A DNA stretch of 64,000 bases from Colwellia polaris (GTDB lineage Archaea > Nanohalarchaeota > Nanosalinia > Nanosalinales > Nanosalinaceae), in the NCBI GenBank assembly GCA_047617785.1, contig JBLGBK010000003.1, positions 15,663-79,662 on the forward strand, written 5' to 3'. The position numbers were made by a program, and so were the translations under genes. Shown piece after piece: positions 25,899-34,947 of this stretch. Numbering within the stretch: the stretch's first letter is position 1; each line of letters opens with the position of its first letter. Below the pieces are notes generated by a model. The model saw only the letters and a list, made by a program, of their open reading frames with translations. It did no database searches and had not been told where the DNA came from.

Positions 25899-26264
25899 AT
25901 GGCAAGTAAAGAGGAAAAACTCGAGGAGCCTTTAAATGATCTGGACGATGTTCAAAGTGTAAATGGTGCTGCAGTTGTCCGACGAGATGGATTGTTAATT
26001 GCTTCTAATATGGGCGATGATATTAATGATGATCAGGTTGGTGCTATGACGGCATCTACAGTAGGGTCTGGAGAGACGGCAAGTGAATCACTGGAAATGG
26101 GAGATGTAGAAGCAGTAACAATCGAAGCAAAAAACGGAAAACTAGTCGCTACAGGAGCAGGAGACGAAGGAATCCTAGCAATACTAACAGACGACGACGT
26201 CAACATGGGACTAGTAAAAGTCGAAATGGAAAAAGCAACAGACAAAATCAAAAGAGTACTTTAA
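25899..26264 (+). CDS. Roadblock/LC7 (MglB-like) domain protein
   Basis: 121 aa. VNGAAVVRRDGLLIASNMGDD...VEAVTIEAKNGKLVATGAGDEGILAILTD is the typical Roadblock pattern. Confidence 0.75.
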   Translation: MASKEEKLEEPLNDLDDVQSVNGAAVVRRDGLLIASNMGDDINDDQVGAMTASTVGSGETASESLEMGDVEAVTIEAKNGKLVATGAGDEGILAILTDDDVNMGLVKVEMEKATDKIKRVL

Positions 26265-26357
26265 ACCCTTTTTCTCCTTACGTTTCTATATCTGTATTTA
26301 ATAGTATGAAGGAGAGGCAGAAGGATATTTTATTACCTTCTCCCTCTGGTTAAGTTT

Positions 26358-26498
26358 TCAGGCTTCGGCTCTTTGCGCCTTAGGAATACATTCTTTATGG
26401 CAGTAACCGTCTGATGACTTCAGGTAATCATCCCTCTTGAAAACTCTTTCTTGGCAAAGAGTGCAGAAACCTAGCCTTACAGATCTTAGTTTAGACAT
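26358..26498 (-). CDS. Cys-rich miniprotein (46 aa), unknown
   Basis: Below the ORF-track cutoff. My translation is MSKLRSVRLGFCTLCQERVFKRDDYLKSSDGYCHKECIPKAQRAEA (C-x2-C...C-H-x2-C). Coding status is uncertain. Confidence 0.3.
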   Translation of the reverse strand: MSKLRSVRLGFCTLCQERVFKRDDYLKSSDGYCHKECIPKAQRAEA

Positions 26499-26644
26499 AG
26501 TTCGAAAATCCCCCGTCTCCCCTCGGGAATCAGTATTACTTTCTCCTTGCTTTTATGGATATATTTACAGCTCTACAATACTACTGTTGAGACAAAAACA
26601 GAGAATGAAAAAAGGTTTTTTAGGTCGTTAAATGCTGAAAAATT

Positions 26645-28315
26645 CTACTGATGGCCGTAGATAAACAGGTTCTCTTCTTCTTTGCGTACAAATCCGAAAC
26701 GCTCGAACTGGACTATTTCATCTAGCGTGATTTCATTAGGTTCGATACGGCCTTCAGCTTTTCGACCGTCGGGCATCCACACGATAGATGTCTCAGATTC
26801 TTCAGGTGTCCACTGAACAAAGCTTATGTCTTGGTCGAGAGCTTCCTTGTAATCCTCTTCTACGTAGACTGCAGTTTGCTCGTCTTCAAACTCGATGGTG
26901 CATAATCCTTTCAGTCGAAGCTTTCCGTCATTTATATCCTTTCTATCAACATATACTGTGAATTCTCCCTCTTCTAAGTTGACGTCAGGGCTTCTGTAAC
27001 CGCGGTCAACGTCAGGATGAATAGGGATCTTCGCTTCTAGATCTTCCGGAGCGTCTTCGACTGTTATCGCTACAGGTTCTTCTACAAAGAAGTATCGGTC
27101 GGCGTCTTCGTCAATTACTCGGGTGTTCTCCTTCTCTAGACTTTCAATACTCGCTTCGATATTGTTCTCTGTTACTCCCATATCAACGAAGAACTTCTGA
27201 ATGGCTTCCGGCTGGAAGCCTCTTCTCTTTAACGCTCGCAGTGTACCGCAGCGAGGATCATTCCATCCTTCAAGCTCGCCATCTTCCACCATTTCTGCTA
27301 TGGATGAGGTGGACATTGGAGCGGTGAAACCTGATACCTCTACCGTACCCCAGTATTGGATATACGGGTAATCCCAGTCAAGGTAATCGTAGATGTACTT
27401 CTGTCGCTTTGTAGATGCACGTAAATCTTTTCCACGGACAATGTGGGTGGTTCCCATGACGTGATCTTCAATAGCGCCTTGGAAGTCAAGCATAGGCCAT
27501 ACGCGGTACTTGTTCTCTGTAATAGGGTGGTTGGCGTTATCTATTATTCTAAATGCTACAAAGTCTCTTACTGCAGGGTTTTTGTGGTCCATGTCGGTTT
27601 TGATCTTGAGAACGGCTTCTCCTTCTTCAATACTGCCGTTTTTCATTTCTTCCCAGTTTTTCATTGCCTTTGAAGGAACTTGTTCTCGGTGTGGGCACGC
27701 TTCTCCTTCTTTTCTGTATTTCTGTCCTTCTTCCTGGCTGCAGAAGCAAACATATGCTTTGCCCATGTCAATTAGTTTTTCAGCGTACTCTATGTAGGTA
27801 TCAAAATTCTTTGAGCTGTAACGTACTTCATCTGGTTCGTAGCCAAGCCATTTGTAGTCTTCAAGATACATTTCGTAGGCTTCTTCCATCGGACGCTTAG
27901 TAACGGGGTCGGTATCGTCGTAGCGAAGAATTAGTTTTCCGTCATACTTGTCTCTTAGCTCTCCGTTGACTGTCATTCCACGTGCGTGACCGAGGTGAGG
28001 CGGTCCGTTAGGATTTGGTGCGAACCGTACCACTACTTCGTCCATTTCCTCTGCGTTCGTTAGATCGGGCACAGGGTCGTGTTCTTTTTTCTCTGGTATA
28101 TCGAATTCGTATTGTTCAAGTTCTTCTTCTTGTTCTTCTAGAGATAGCTGGTTTACTTCCTGGCAGACCTCTTGTGCTGTCGAAGTTACCTCGCCTTTAT
28201 CATCAAATTCCTCTTCTGCGAATATCTTTCCGATTACTGCTCCAGGGTTGCATTCGCCGCCGTGCTGGACAGCGTTTCTCAAAGCGTATTTCCGTGCTAT
28301 CTCTTCTAAACTCAT
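26645..28315 (-). CDS. gltX: glutamyl-tRNA synthetase, archaeal type
   Basis: VVRFAPNPNGPPHLGHARG (HIGH region). The N-terminal YALRNAVQHGGECNPGAVIGK extension is typical of archaeal GluRS. Confidence 0.95.
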   Translation of the reverse strand: MSLEEIARKYALRNAVQHGGECNPGAVIGKIFAEEEFDDKGEVTSTAQEVCQEVNQLSLEEQEEELEQYEFDIPEKKEHDPVPDLTNAEEMDEVVVRFAPNPNGPPHLGHARGMTVNGELRDKYDGKLILRYDDTDPVTKRPMEEAYEMYLEDYKWLGYEPDEVRYSSKNFDTYIEYAEKLIDMGKAYVCFCSQEEGQKYRKEGEACPHREQVPSKAMKNWEEMKNGSIEEGEAVLKIKTDMDHKNPAVRDFVAFRIIDNANHPITENKYRVWPMLDFQGAIEDHVMGTTHIVRGKDLRASTKRQKYIYDYLDWDYPYIQYWGTVEVSGFTAPMSTSSIAEMVEDGELEGWNDPRCGTLRALKRRGFQPEAIQKFFVDMGVTENNIEASIESLEKENTRVIDEDADRYFFVEEPVAITVEDAPEDLEAKIPIHPDVDRGYRSPDVNLEEGEFTVYVDRKDINDGKLRLKGLCTIEFEDEQTAVYVEEDYKEALDQDISFVQWTPEESETSIVWMPDGRKAEGRIEPNEITLDEIVQFERFGFVRKEEENLFIYGHQ

Positions 28316-28371
28316 ACAAGAACTTTATGAGGTAAAAATTTCTATAAAGTCAGTGGTTAGTTTTCCTATCA

Positions 28372-28869
28372 TTATTGGTCTCGTATTAAAGTCCATTTCT
28401 TCTCGACGTCGGAGTTGTTTATAACACGTAGATTTCCGTCTTCTAATTCTAGCCGCGACTTCCTGAGCCCGACATTAGTTATCTCTCCTTTTAACCCGTC
28501 AACCTCGACGAAGTCCCCGTTGTTGAAGTCCGGATCTTTCGCTAGGTAGACGCCTGCAACTGTGTCGGATAGAACGTCCTTTAACGCGAATGATACACCT
28601 AGAGCGACGAATCCGGCTGCTGTTCCAAGTGCTGCGGCGATTTCGCTGAATCCAAGGATGCTTAGGGTGATGAGTGTTGCTGAGAACCATAGTAGTCCTT
28701 TAGATATGCTTTCCATAAGGTTCAGGATTGTTTCTTCCTCGAACTTGTGGGACAAGATATTATGGATAACTTTTCCGCCATAATTTATTGCCAGACTGGC
28801 AAATACCAAGAAAAGTGCTGCGGCGATTATGCGTGCGCCTACAGCGGTTAGAACAGCTTCCGAGATCAT
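28372..28869 (-). CDS. small MscS-like mechanosensitive channel family protein
   Basis: 165 aa. Three TM segments, then GDFVEVDGLKGEITNVGLRKSRLELEDGNLRVINNSDV (the MscS beta-domain pattern). It lacks the usual C-terminal domain. Confidence 0.6.
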   Translation of the reverse strand: MISEAVLTAVGARIIAAALFLVFASLAINYGGKVIHNILSHKFEEETILNLMESISKGLLWFSATLITLSILGFSEIAAALGTAAGFVALGVSFALKDVLSDTVAGVYLAKDPDFNNGDFVEVDGLKGEITNVGLRKSRLELEDGNLRVINNSDVEKKWTLIRDQ

Positions 28870-28991
28870 ACGTTCTTAATTTCTTCCTGTGTCTTTTACT
28901 TCTGTCGGTCGGCAGAAAAAGAAAGTTTGGTAGTATATATGATTGTTTTTAACCTCTCGTATTTTTAACCAGTAGTTTGTATAACTCGGTT

Positions 28992-29471
28992 ATGGATGAA
29001 CTCAAAGCTTCGATGATTATTTTGGCTATACTTGCTATCGGTTTTGCTGCACTAGGTTTTCTACCTACTCAGAATCAGTCAAAAGTGGTTTTCCAGACCG
29101 GATCTCTTGATTCAGCAGTAAAAGTTGAGGTGGCTGATAACAGTTCTACGAGGGCGAAAGGCTTGATGAATAGAGAATCGCTTTGCAGAAGATGTGGTAT
29201 GATCTTTGTCTTTGAGAATGCCGAACAGCGTGCTTTTTGGATGAAGAACACGTCGATACCGCTGGACATAATTTTCATATCGGAGGATAGAGAGGTTATC
29301 AATGTCGAGCAGGCTGATCCTGAACCGGATGTAGCTGATGAGAATTTAACGCTTTACAGAAGTGATGAACCTGCAAAGTATGTTGTTGAAGTTAATCAGG
29401 GATTTGCTGAAGAAAAAAGTATAGAGGAGGGAACGAAAGTGTTGTTCCGCTCTATTCCTCTAGATCAATAA
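28992..29471 (+). CDS. DUF192-family protein with N-terminal membrane anchor
   Basis: RAKGLMNRESL...GMIFVF...FWMKNTSIPLDIIFI. I prefer the ATG at 28992 (MDELKAS) over the track's TTG at 28977. ATTTTTAA lies ~28 nt upstream. Confidence 0.7.
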   Translation: MDELKASMIILAILAIGFAALGFLPTQNQSKVVFQTGSLDSAVKVEVADNSSTRAKGLMNRESLCRRCGMIFVFENAEQRAFWMKNTSIPLDIIFISEDREVINVEQADPEPDVADENLTLYRSDEPAKYVVEVNQGFAEEKSIEEGTKVLFRSIPLDQ

Positions 29472-30768
29472 CGCTTTGGTTCTCGCTTATGAAGATGTCT
29501 TCGTTCAGTGTGTAACCTTCTTGTCGAGCAAGCTCTACGTAGCTTCCAAGCTTCTGGATGTGCCCGTGGCTTGGAATGATGTTGTCGGGGTCGAAGAACT
29601 TGATGAAGTCTCTGTGATCTTCTTTCTTTGCGTGTCCGGATGTGTGGACGTTTTTGTAAAGTCTTACGCCCTGTTCCTTCATCTTTTTCTCTAGGTTGTA
29701 TCTGTTTGCTCTTGTAGGCGGTGTTGGAATCGTTCGGCTGGAGAAGATTACGTGATCTCCTTCCTTGAACTTGAATGGGTATGTCTGAGATGCGACTTTG
29801 TCCATCTGTGCTCCAGGTTCTCCCTGGTTTCCTGTCGCAACGATTAGCCATTCTTCTCTTTCTCCGTCTACCCGGTCCATTAGCTCCTTACATTCATCGA
29901 AGTAGGAAACCATCTTGACGTCAGAGAGATCGATCAGATCAAGCTTCTCGGCTGCTTCTGTGTATTCTCTGAGGCTACGCCCCATAAATGCTACCTTTCT
30001 TCTGCCATTGTTTGCGTCTAGAATTGAGTTTAGACGTGCTATCTGACTGGAAAATGTTGTTACGAATACTGCACCACCTGCGTCGTAGCAAGCGTTCAGT
30101 ACGTTGTCGAGCTCTACCTGAACTGCTTTTTCAGGCTTTACTCTTCCAGGTTCGTCTACAGAGGTTGTTCCAGGAACCATTACTCGGACTCCTTCTTCTC
30201 CTACTTCCTTGAGTCTTTCTGAGTCGGTGTTCTTTCCGATTACTGGACTTCGGTCGAACTTCATGTCGTTTCCGTAGACAACATTCCCTTCCTCTGTCCG
30301 AAGAAGTGATAGTGTTGCGTCTGGTATACTGTGATTGACATGCAAGAATTCAAGAGACTTTTTGGAATTGATTTCGTATTTGTCTCCTGTTTCCAGTTCA
30401 ACAAGTTCGTTGTTGATGTTCTTCCGATCTCCTTCCATCCCGTTCTCGATAATCTTCTTTGTGAACGGGGTACATAGGATTGGTGCGTCGTACTGTCCTG
30501 CAAGTTTTGGAATTGCTCCTACGTGGTCAAGGTGTCCGTGGCCGATAACGATTGCCACGACGTTCTTGTCCATAATCTGTTTGTCTTTAGGAATTGCTCC
30601 TGTTTCTAGGGTTTGATTTGTGGTTAGTTCGTCGATTTGGTCTTCTGCGGCCACGACCTCTTCCATATCATAACCCATGTCGAAGATGACGACTTCTCCG
30701 TCATCTGTTTCGACTGCGGTCATGTTCTTTCCGATTTCTTCGTAGCCTCCAATTGTGTGTACTTTCAT
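29452..30768 (-). CDS. rnj: archaeal RNase J (metallo-beta-lactamase / beta-CASP)
   Basis: IGHGHLDHVGAIP (HxHxDH). About 440 aa, typical of archaeal RNase J. Confidence 0.85.
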   Translation of the reverse strand: MKVHTIGGYEEIGKNMTAVETDDGEVVIFDMGYDMEEVVAAEDQIDELTTNQTLETGAIPKDKQIMDKNVVAIVIGHGHLDHVGAIPKLAGQYDAPILCTPFTKKIIENGMEGDRKNINNELVELETGDKYEINSKKSLEFLHVNHSIPDATLSLLRTEEGNVVYGNDMKFDRSPVIGKNTDSERLKEVGEEGVRVMVPGTTSVDEPGRVKPEKAVQVELDNVLNACYDAGGAVFVTTFSSQIARLNSILDANNGRRKVAFMGRSLREYTEAAEKLDLIDLSDVKMVSYFDECKELMDRVDGEREEWLIVATGNQGEPGAQMDKVASQTYPFKFKEGDHVIFSSRTIPTPPTRANRYNLEKKMKEQGVRLYKNVHTSGHAKKEDHRDFIKFFDPDNIIPSHGHIQKLGSYVELARQEGYTLNEDIFISENQSVIDLEE

Positions 30769-30898
30769 AAAGTGAGAAATTCACCTGAAATTTTGAAGTC
30801 TTTATAACATGTATCATAAATGAGACTCTTTTAAATCCCTCCTCGATTTCGGCCGGTGGAATACTTAAGACTTCCACTAACTCATACAAACTGTAGAT

Positions 30899-32203
30899 AT
30901 GTACTCCGATCAAATCCAGCAACTTCTCGACGAAAAAGATATCGAAACCGGAGACCGGATAAAAGTAAATAAGCGTGAAGGCGTACTGATGCCGAAACCG
31001 GAGACTGGCGATGAAAGTATAATTAATCTCAAGCTGGAAAGCGGGTACAATATAGGTCTTAAACCAGAAAACATCGAACTAGTTGAGAAGAAATATGTAG
31101 AGGACAGCGAACTAGAGGAGAAAATTACATACAGCGATGATAAGAAGGATATCTTACTTCTTCATACAGGAGGTACAATTGCATCAAGAGTTTCCTATGA
31201 AACTGGTGGCGTAAAGGCCTCTTTTGAGCAGGAAGATATGGTACAGATGTACCCCGAGGTTGTAGAGGAAGCCAACATTCACTCAGAAGTGTATGTAGGG
31301 AAGATAATGTCTGAAGACATGGAGCCAGGTCACTGGCAGGGACTAGCCCAAAAAATAGATGAGGTTAAAGATGAATACGATGGAATAATAATCGGTCATG
31401 GTACCGATACTCTCGGCAGCACGGCAGCAGCTCTGAACCTGATGATGAAAGGACTGGATACTGGCGTCCTTATTGTAGGTTCACAGAGATCTTCTGACCG
31501 GCCAAGTACTGACGCAAGAATGAATATTTTCTGCGCCACCAAATTCCTCTCCGAAACTGATTTCACAGGCATAGGTGTCTGTATGCACAAGAACACGAGC
31601 GACGACATGTGCTCGATTCTTCCCGGAGGAAAAGCAAGAAAAATGCACACCTCAAGAAGAGATGCTTTTGAGGCGATAAATTCTGAAGAACTAGCTACTG
31701 TAGACTACCAGACAGGAGAAATAAACTATGAGGAAACTGAAGAGAAGAGCAAATACGAACTAAGAACGGACTTAAATGAAAATGTAGGTTTCCTTAAAGT
31801 GAGGCCTGGATTTGATCCAGAAGAACTACAGTTCTACATAGATCAAGACTATGACGGTGTAATTATTGAAGGCACAGGTTTAGGCCATATGCCGATCAGT
31901 GCATTCGATGATAAAACTCAGCATCATAAAGAGATACAAGAGAAACTAGAGGAGCTAACGGATAAGGCCCTGGTTATCATGAGTTCCAACTGCATCCATG
32001 GCCGAGTAAATATGGATGTATACGACAACCAGGTAAAGGTTAAGAAGAGAGGAGTATTTGAATCAGAAGACATGCATCCGGAACTAGCCTACGTCAAACT
32101 TATGTGGTCTCTAGGCCAGGCCGAGGATAGCGAGGAAGCACTAGAAATTTTCCAGAACAACGTAAACGGAGAAATAAATGAAAGGACTCCCTACGTAGAA
32201 TAA
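30899..32203 (+). CDS. gatD: Glu-tRNA(Gln) amidotransferase subunit D
   Basis: LLLHTGGTIAS and GHGTDT asparaginase-type motifs. Confidence 0.9.
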   Translation: MYSDQIQQLLDEKDIETGDRIKVNKREGVLMPKPETGDESIINLKLESGYNIGLKPENIELVEKKYVEDSELEEKITYSDDKKDILLLHTGGTIASRVSYETGGVKASFEQEDMVQMYPEVVEEANIHSEVYVGKIMSEDMEPGHWQGLAQKIDEVKDEYDGIIIGHGTDTLGSTAAALNLMMKGLDTGVLIVGSQRSSDRPSTDARMNIFCATKFLSETDFTGIGVCMHKNTSDDMCSILPGGKARKMHTSRRDAFEAINSEELATVDYQTGEINYEETEEKSKYELRTDLNENVGFLKVRPGFDPEELQFYIDQDYDGVIIEGTGLGHMPISAFDDKTQHHKEIQEKLEELTDKALVIMSSNCIHGRVNMDVYDNQVKVKKRGVFESEDMHPELAYVKLMWSLGQAEDSEEALEIFQNNVNGEINERTPYVE

Positions 32204-32216
32204 CAGGGTTTAAACG

Positions 32217-32456
32217 ATGGATAAAGACGAATTTGATGCAAAAGCAGAGAAGTTTCTAGACGATGGAAACCAGGAAAGAGTTAGAGATATTCTCAGAGAG
32301 TACGCTATGTGTATAGCATTCGAAGAGGACAAAGAGCTTGATAACCCTACACATCTTCTTGACTCGGTTGTTGATATTTCTACAGTGAACGACTTCACAG
32401 AATACCGTGTTGCAAAATCGCTTATACGCAACGAAATCAAAAGAGGATCAATATGA
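32217..32456 (+). CDS. small hypothetical protein
   Basis: 79-aa ORF between gatD and the kinase. Its stop overlaps the next start (ATGA). No motif recognised. Confidence 0.4.
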   Translation: MDKDEFDAKAEKFLDDGNQERVRDILREYAMCIAFEEDKELDNPTHLLDSVVDISTVNDFTEYRVAKSLIRNEIKRGSI

Positions 32457-33001
32457 CGCAGCTTTACGGTGTTGCTGGCCTGCCTCTATCAGGTAAAACC
32501 ACTGTAGCCGGCAAGATGCAGCAAAATGGCTTCAAAAAAGTCGACATGGGTGATGTCGTAAGAGAAGAAATGGATAAAAGAGGAGTTCCAGCTGAGGAAA
32601 CAGGAGATTTCGTCTCCGCTCTAAGAAAACAGAATGGTATGGCTGCTATAGCAGAACTTACGCTTCCATATGTTGAAGAAGTATTACAGGAAAACGAAAA
32701 AGTGGTTATCAGCGGTATGCGAAGCTGGATGGAAAAAGAATGCTTTGAAAAGAATCTTAGCGAGCAATTAAATATAATTGCAGTATGGGCATCTCGAGAA
32801 ACACGTTTTGAAAGACAGGAAGGTCGTGGAAGAGAAGAAGATCAGGTAGTAAAGCTTGAGGAAAGAGATGAACGTGAGATTGAGCACGGTGCTGCCAAAT
32901 TAATTACTTTAGCAGATTATCTTCTCGTTAACGAGTTTGATAGTCTAGAAGGTTTTGAGCAGGAAGTAGAAAATGCTTTACAAGAATTGGAGGTAAAATA
33001 A
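32453..33001 (+). CDS. P-loop nucleotide kinase-like protein (UPF0200 / dephospho-CoA-kinase-like)
   Basis: YGVAGLPLSGKTTVA (P-loop) and VDMGDVVREEM. Confidence 0.65.
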   Translation: MTQLYGVAGLPLSGKTTVAGKMQQNGFKKVDMGDVVREEMDKRGVPAEETGDFVSALRKQNGMAAIAELTLPYVEEVLQENEKVVISGMRSWMEKECFEKNLSEQLNIIAVWASRETRFERQEGRGREEDQVVKLEERDEREIEHGAAKLITLADYLLVNEFDSLEGFEQEVENALQELEVK

Positions 33002-33006
33002 GTACT

Positions 33007-34851
33007 ATGGATTACGAAAATCTCGGCTTTAAATGTGGGATCGAAATACATCAACAGCTAGCAACAGAAACCAAACTCTTCTGCAACTGTCCAGTTGACA
33101 TGGAAGACGAAGAAAAGGACTTCCAGGTTAGAAGGCAGTTAAAATCGGTCGCAGGAGAAAGCGGAGAACGAGACGAAGCCGCAGAAGTTGAATCAGAAAG
33201 CTCAAACATATTTTTGTACAACTACTACGCAAGAAACAACTGCCTGGTTGAACTAGACGAGGAACCGCCGCATAAACTCAATCAGGAAGCACTTGATACA
33301 GCATTAACCTTCGCACGAATGATAGGTGCTAATATACCAAGTGAAATTCAGATAATGCGTAAAATAGTGGTTGATGGCTCCAATACGTCAGGATTCCAGA
33401 GAACAGCGATGGTAGGGCTTGATGGCGAACTAGAAACAGAGACGGGAAAAGTAGCTATCGATGATATTGAACTTGAAGAAGAGTCAGCAGGAATTCACAG
33501 CAGAAGCGCAGAAGAATCAGTATACGACCTCAATCGACTAGGAATACCGCTAGTCGAAGTAGGAACTGATGCATCAATCCAGAATCCAGAACACGCACGC
33601 GAAGTCGCAAAAGAACTCGGAATGCTACTACGATCAACAGGCAAAGCACGTAGAGGAATAGGAACAATCAGACAGGACGTCAACGTATCAATAGAAGACG
33701 GTGCACGTGTCGAAATCAAAGGATTCCAGGATGTAGAGAACATCGATAACTTGATTGAATTGGAAGTAACACGTCAGAAGAACCTTGTTGAACTAGGCCA
33801 AGAACTTGAAGAAAGCGAAGTACTTGTAGACAACGTAACACATCTTTTCGATGACTCAGATAACGAAATACTATCAACAGTACTAGGAAATAATGGGGAG
33901 GTCTACGGCTTCAAACTGCCGCAGCTTGAAGGTAAGATGAAACAGATAATCTCGGGAGACCGATACCTAGCCAAAGAACTAGTCGACTATGGGAAAAAAT
34001 ATGGAATCAACGGACTAATTCACACAGACGAAGATATAGAAGGCTATGGGCTCGAAACAGAGTTTAAGGAGCTTGCAGATACCTTTAAACGAGAAGACGG
34101 GGATGTCCTCGCGATAATGGCGGGTCCAAAACAGAAGGTAAGAGCAGCCGCCAAAGCAGTTCGAGACCGAGCAGAAAAGATTTACAGAGGAGAAGTCCCT
34201 GAAGAAACACGCAACGCGGAACAGGACTTCACATCAACGTACCTCAGACCTCTTCCGGGAAGCGCACGAATGTATCCGGAGACAGATATACAACCTGTCA
34301 AAATAACAGATGAAGAAATAGGAAAGATCGACCATAATCTGCCCGATACGCTAGAAGAACGCAGAGAAAAGTATGCGGAAGAAATCGGTGAAGAACTGGC
34401 CATACAGATCACAAGCAGCAGGAAGCTCAACACGTTTGAAGAACTCAAAGAGAGTCACGATATGAAGAATGCTGCAAATCTTCTGGTCAACACTCTTCCA
34501 CAGCTGGAAGATGACGGGGTGGCGGTTAATAGGCTTTCCACGGAAGATCTTAGCTATCTCCTGGACGCTCTTGAGAGCGATGAAATAAAGTCAGGAGAGT
34601 TAGAGAAGGCGGTAAGACTTTCAGTTGAATCTGGTCCTGAAGAAGCAGTTGAACGGATACAAGAGAACAGGGTGAGCGAAGATGAAATACGTGAAGCAGT
34701 TCAAGAAGTAATCGATGAGAAACAGGACATGATTGAAGAACAGGGCGAGCACGCGCAGGGAGCTTTGATGGGATTAGTAATGCAGAAGGTTGAGGCCGAC
34801 GGCTCAACGGTTTCAAGAATTCTATCCGAAGAACTGCAAGAGCACCTGTAA
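33007..34851 (+). CDS. gatE: Glu-tRNA(Gln) amidotransferase subunit E
   Basis: GFKCGIEIHQQL near the N-terminus. 614 aa, with a C-terminal GatB/YqeY-like tail. Confidence 0.95.
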   Translation: MDYENLGFKCGIEIHQQLATETKLFCNCPVDMEDEEKDFQVRRQLKSVAGESGERDEAAEVESESSNIFLYNYYARNNCLVELDEEPPHKLNQEALDTALTFARMIGANIPSEIQIMRKIVVDGSNTSGFQRTAMVGLDGELETETGKVAIDDIELEEESAGIHSRSAEESVYDLNRLGIPLVEVGTDASIQNPEHAREVAKELGMLLRSTGKARRGIGTIRQDVNVSIEDGARVEIKGFQDVENIDNLIELEVTRQKNLVELGQELEESEVLVDNVTHLFDDSDNEILSTVLGNNGEVYGFKLPQLEGKMKQIISGDRYLAKELVDYGKKYGINGLIHTDEDIEGYGLETEFKELADTFKREDGDVLAIMAGPKQKVRAAAKAVRDRAEKIYRGEVPEETRNAEQDFTSTYLRPLPGSARMYPETDIQPVKITDEEIGKIDHNLPDTLEERREKYAEEIGEELAIQITSSRKLNTFEELKESHDMKNAANLLVNTLPQLEDDGVAVNRLSTEDLSYLLDALESDEIKSGELEKAVRLSVESGPEEAVERIQENRVSEDEIREAVQEVIDEKQDMIEEQGEHAQGALMGLVMQKVEADGSTVSRILSEELQEHL

Positions 34852-34878
34852 ACCGATTCAAAACCGGTTTCAGTCAAT

Positions 34879-34893
34879 CTTTTAAATTTTAAC
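34879..34893 (+). promoter_or_regulatory. TATA-like element upstream of the thermosome gene
   Basis: CTTTTAAATTTTAAC lies ~60 nt upstream of the ATG. GGTG lies 14 nt upstream of the ATG. Confidence 0.4.
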
Positions 34894-34947
34894 ATACTTC
34901 TATTAAAACAAGTTCTACATTCTATTCAAGAGGTGTAAAAATAAACA

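Noticed and set aside
26437-26631. Track ORF 26437-26631 (+), 64 aa.
   Set aside because: It lies in an intergenic, AT-rich region, has an odd hydrophobic/basic composition unlike the acidic proteome, and overlaps the more plausible minus-strand Cys-rich mini-ORF.
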